From positions 1-64,000 of the forward strand of contig CAVPGK010000018.1 of the NCBI GenBank assembly GCA_963703955.1: 64,000 bases of DNA, given 5' to 3'. The notes beneath the pieces were generated by a model. It did not search any database and had not been told where the DNA came from. It saw nothing but the letters and a program-made list of their open reading frames with translations. The position numbers were made by a program, and so were the translations under genes. Shown here piece by piece: positions 60,954 through 64,000 of the stretch (its first letter is position 1; each line of letters begins with the position of its first letter). This stretch comes from Nitrospirota bacterium (GTDB taxonomy: Bacteria > Nitrospirota > Nitrospiria > Nitrospirales > Nitrospiraceae).

Positions 60954-63833
60954 ATGAGCACAGACTTTGATCGACAGGCACTCGTCAACATCTTTGTCAA
61001 TGAGGCATCTGATGGACTGGCGAAGCTTTGGGCCGCTCTCAACCCGGAGGGCGGTCATGACGTGACCAGAGCCGCCGTTCACGACCAATTCATTGTGGCC
61101 CATACTTTGAAAGGGGCCTCCTCGCTCTACGGCTTTACGGGAGTCAGCGCCCTTGCGGAACTCCTTGAGACGGCGCTTGAAGGCACAGACGAGGAGATGC
61201 CTGAGCAGTGGCATTTAAGGGTTGGGATGCTGCGGAGTCTCACGGATGCTCTCCGGACTCAGGTTGAAAAGATTCGACGGGACGGCGTTGAAGATCCCGA
61301 GTGTTGCGAGAAGTGGCAAGGCGACCTCGCGCCGCAAGTGGATCGCGGAGCGGCCTCCAGCGTACCATCGCAGGAGGGCGTGACGCCTTCCTGCGAGTCG
61401 TATCCGGACCACTATCTCAATCCTGAGTTGGATGCGGAGGTGCTCTCGTATTTCGCTCCCGAGGCTCACGAATATCTGGAAGCGATGGAGGCCTCTGTTC
61501 TTCGCCTCGAAAAAGAGCCCGACAACGCCGATATCATTCAGCAACTCTTTCGGAGCGCTCACACGCTGAAAGGATCCGCGCACACGGTGGGATTTAAATC
61601 CATCGGTGACCTGGTCCATCACGTGGAGGACTTCATGGGCGAGATCCGTGAAGGTCGGATGAGCATCACTCCGGAGTTGACGGATCTCATCTTTCGGGCC
61701 GTCGATGTCGTCAAGATCCTGATGAGGCGTGACCCGGGTCTTCTCGAAAAGGCCAGGGCCGAGTTTGGGAGCGTGGTGCAGCGGTTGATTCAGCTCAAGC
61801 CAGCGGACCCCGGCGCGGCTCCGGTGAAGGCGTGGGCTGGAGAGACTCAGAGTGTTCCACAGCCACAACGACTCGAGGCATCCGACGCGGACCGTCGCTC
61901 AGAAAGCGAGCGGCGCAAAAACACCGAGGCCAAGATCGGGGAAGAAAGCGCCGTCATTCGGGTCAGCCGAGACCGCCTGGAGCGCCTGCTGAATCTCGTG
62001 GGCGAGCTCGTGATCAGTCGAGGTCGATTGGAGCAGCGTCTTCTGGCTCTCGAGCAACTATCGGATCAGCTGCTCATGTTCAAGGGACGCATGCTGGACG
62101 CCGTCCGTATGTTTGAAGAGAAGCACGCATTCACCTTGCCGGCGGCATCGCCGGCGCAGGCCTCACCGAACATGACCGAGTTTCAAGGACTGACGGATTT
62201 TGGCGGCCTCGAGTTCGATCGGTACGATGATTTCAATATTCTCGCACGGCGGATGGGTGAAGTCTCGGCCGACGTCGGTGAGTCCATGTCACAGCTCAGC
62301 GGCTCGATCCGCAAAGCTCGTGAAGACATGAGTCAGCTGCAACGACTGACCCTCGGCATGCGGGATGAAATCGCCCGCGCCCGCATGGTCCCCATCGGGA
62401 CTCCCTTCACGAGGTTCCGTCGTGCGGTCCGTGAGATGGCCAGGGCAACAGGGAAGAATGTGACGCTCATGATCTCCGGTGAGCACACAGAAGTGGATAC
62501 CGGAGTCGTCGAGCGTCTCGTCGATCCGCTCATTCATTTGGTGCGCAATGCGGTATACCACGGCATCGAACCGATGGCTATTCGGGTTGCCCATGGAAAG
62601 CCGGAAGCCGGCACCGTGTATTTGCACGCCGCCCACCGCGGAAGTTCCGTCGTGATCGAAGTCGAAGACGACGGTGGAGGAATCGATATCGGGAAAATCA
62701 AGACCAAAGCGGTGTCGCTCGGGTTTGTTCGTCCCGAACAGGCTTCGGCGATGTCCGATTCAGAAGCGATGAAGTTCATCTTTATGCCGGGTTTCTCGAC
62801 AGCGGATGAGGTGGGGGATCAGGCCGGCCGCGGCGTGGGCATGGATGTCGTCAAGCGCGCGCTGGAAGGAATGAACGGGCAAATCGAGGTCGAAACGGAA
62901 TTGGGAGCGGGCACGAAGTTTACCCTGCGCCTACCGCTGACGCTGCTGATCTCGATGGCGCTTCTGGTGAGAGTCGGAAGCGAACGCTATGCGTTGCCGC
63001 TCCAGAGCATCCGTGAGGTGGTTCTCCCGTCGGCAGGAGACATTCAAGATGTGGGGGGTCGAGCGGTTCTGCAAGTGGGCGACGAGGCGATCGAAGTCAA
63101 ATCCCTCGGGCCGTTGCTCGGACTGGAGTCAGCCGCCACGAATGGCCCGACGCCGGTCGTGATCGTTCGGACGGCGACGGGGGTGCAGGGCTTAGGCGTG
63201 GATGAGCTATTGGGCCGCCAGGAAATCGTCATCAAGACCCTCAGCAACTTGCGGCCGTTCCTCGAATCGTGTTTTGTGGGGGCAACGATCGATCCTGAGG
63301 GCCACGTCATTCTGGTTTTGGATGTCGGTCGTCTGCTCAGCGGCAATCAACTCGGGGATTCGTTAACGCTTCCTGGACGGATGCCATTAGAAGCTGAGGA
63401 GCCTGAGCCGGAGTTGATTGGGACCGGGCCGCGGGACTTCCGAGAAATCGGCTCGCGCTTGCTCCTCATCGACGATTCATTGAGTATCAGAAAGTTCGTG
63501 GGAAAGATGTTGGAGGGAGCGGGCTACGAAGTCGATACGGCGGTAGACGGGGAGGAAGGGTTACGTAGAGCGTTGGACGGGTCCTACAGCTTGATCATCA
63601 CCGATCTGGAGATGCCGAAATTGAACGGCTATGAGGTCATTCAGGCGCTTCGTGATCGACCGCAAACCAAATCCACGCCGATTCTCGTAATGACCACCCG
63701 AGCGGGTGAAAAACATCGGCAGATGGCGCTCAGCATCGGAGCCACCGGCTATATTGCCAAACCCGTTGAAGAACGAGCCTTAATCCTCGAGGTGGCTCAA
63801 TGGACCGGGCCTGTGAGCCGGGCCAAACGCTGA
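60954..63833 (+). CDS. cheA: Hybrid CheA/ChpA-like kinase (2 Hpt, HATPase, CheW, receiver)
   Basis: Two AHTLKG motifs, HLVRNAVYHGIE, EDDGGG, GRGVGMDVV, C-terminal IDDSLSIR...TDLEMP. Confidence 0.95.
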   Translation: MSTDFDRQALVNIFVNEASDGLAKLWAALNPEGGHDVTRAAVHDQFIVAHTLKGASSLYGFTGVSALAELLETALEGTDEEMPEQWHLRVGMLRSLTDALRTQVEKIRRDGVEDPECCEKWQGDLAPQVDRGAASSVPSQEGVTPSCESYPDHYLNPELDAEVLSYFAPEAHEYLEAMEASVLRLEKEPDNADIIQQLFRSAHTLKGSAHTVGFKSIGDLVHHVEDFMGEIREGRMSITPELTDLIFRAVDVVKILMRRDPGLLEKARAEFGSVVQRLIQLKPADPGAAPVKAWAGETQSVPQPQRLEASDADRRSESERRKNTEAKIGEESAVIRVSRDRLERLLNLVGELVISRGRLEQRLLALEQLSDQLLMFKGRMLDAVRMFEEKHAFTLPAASPAQASPNMTEFQGLTDFGGLEFDRYDDFNILARRMGEVSADVGESMSQLSGSIRKAREDMSQLQRLTLGMRDEIARARMVPIGTPFTRFRRAVREMARATGKNVTLMISGEHTEVDTGVVERLVDPLIHLVRNAVYHGIEPMAIRVAHGKPEAGTVYLHAAHRGSSVVIEVEDDGGGIDIGKIKTKAVSLGFVRPEQASAMSDSEAMKFIFMPGFSTADEVGDQAGRGVGMDVVKRALEGMNGQIEVETELGAGTKFTLRLPLTLLISMALLVRVGSERYALPLQSIREVVLPSAGDIQDVGGRAVLQVGDEAIEVKSLGPLLGLESAATNGPTPVVIVRTATGVQGLGVDELLGRQEIVIKTLSNLRPFLESCFVGATIDPEGHVILVLDVGRLLSGNQLGDSLTLPGRMPLEAEEPEPELIGTGPRDFREIGSRLLLIDDSLSIRKFVGKMLEGAGYEVDTAVDGEEGLRRALDGSYSLIITDLEMPKLNGYEVIQALRDRPQTKSTPILVMTTRAGEKHRQMALSIGATGYIAKPVEERALILEVAQWTGPVSRAKR

Positions 63834-63919
63834 GTCTTCGAGGTGGCGGGGCGATACACCTTGCGGAAGCGAATCCCGTATCGGAAGCAGCGTGATGATT
63901 GGGAGGATGACGCGGCACC

Positions 63920-64000
63920 ATGACCCTCCGTACCCGAACAGAAAAGGCTCAGCCGGCGAGCGGTGTGGATGTTGCATCGTTTTTGCTTGTAACCTGTACC
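63920..64000 (+). CDS. Start of the next operon gene (3'-partial; possibly CheW-like)
   Basis: GGGAGG RBS then an open frame MTLRTRTEKAQPASGVDVASFLLVTCT to the window end. Confidence 0.4.
   Translation, partial: MTLRTRTEKAQPASGVDVASFLLVTCT

Overview
Bacterial DNA that looks like an unpolished long-read assembly: single-base indels break essential genes such as groEL, ribBA and purL. Bases 1-~4235 are GC-richer and more error-dense (gpmA, a TPP-dependent enzyme, a stomatin/SPFH gene). They join mid-gene to sequence whose gene content looks Nitrospira-like (Nitrospirota; my inference), so the window is probably chimeric. The main part carries, in order: a Csp3/SOD/HAD-ATPase stress cluster; a divergently split GlnE pair; rpoH-groES-groEL; narK-ribBA-ribH-nusB-purB-purC-purS-purQ-purL-purF with insertions in most spacers; several conserved hypothetical genes; two cobalamin riboswitches ahead of btuFCD and btuB-cbiA-pduO-cobQ-cobU-cobT-cobS-cbiB-cobD-cbiZ; and a heme-c DUF3365 gene ahead of a Pil/Chp-like chemosensory operon. 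The most unusual signals are (i) modular non-coding repeats: a 52-nt core closed by different long stems, a MITE module reused in-frame inside genes, octamer-array hairpins, and repeat hairpins inside both riboswitches; (ii) the split GlnE with ACT-like domains; and (iii) the stand-alone heme sensor beside the chemosensory operon. No rRNA, tRNA, CRISPR array or transposase was seen. All family calls come from motif recognition; no database search was run.
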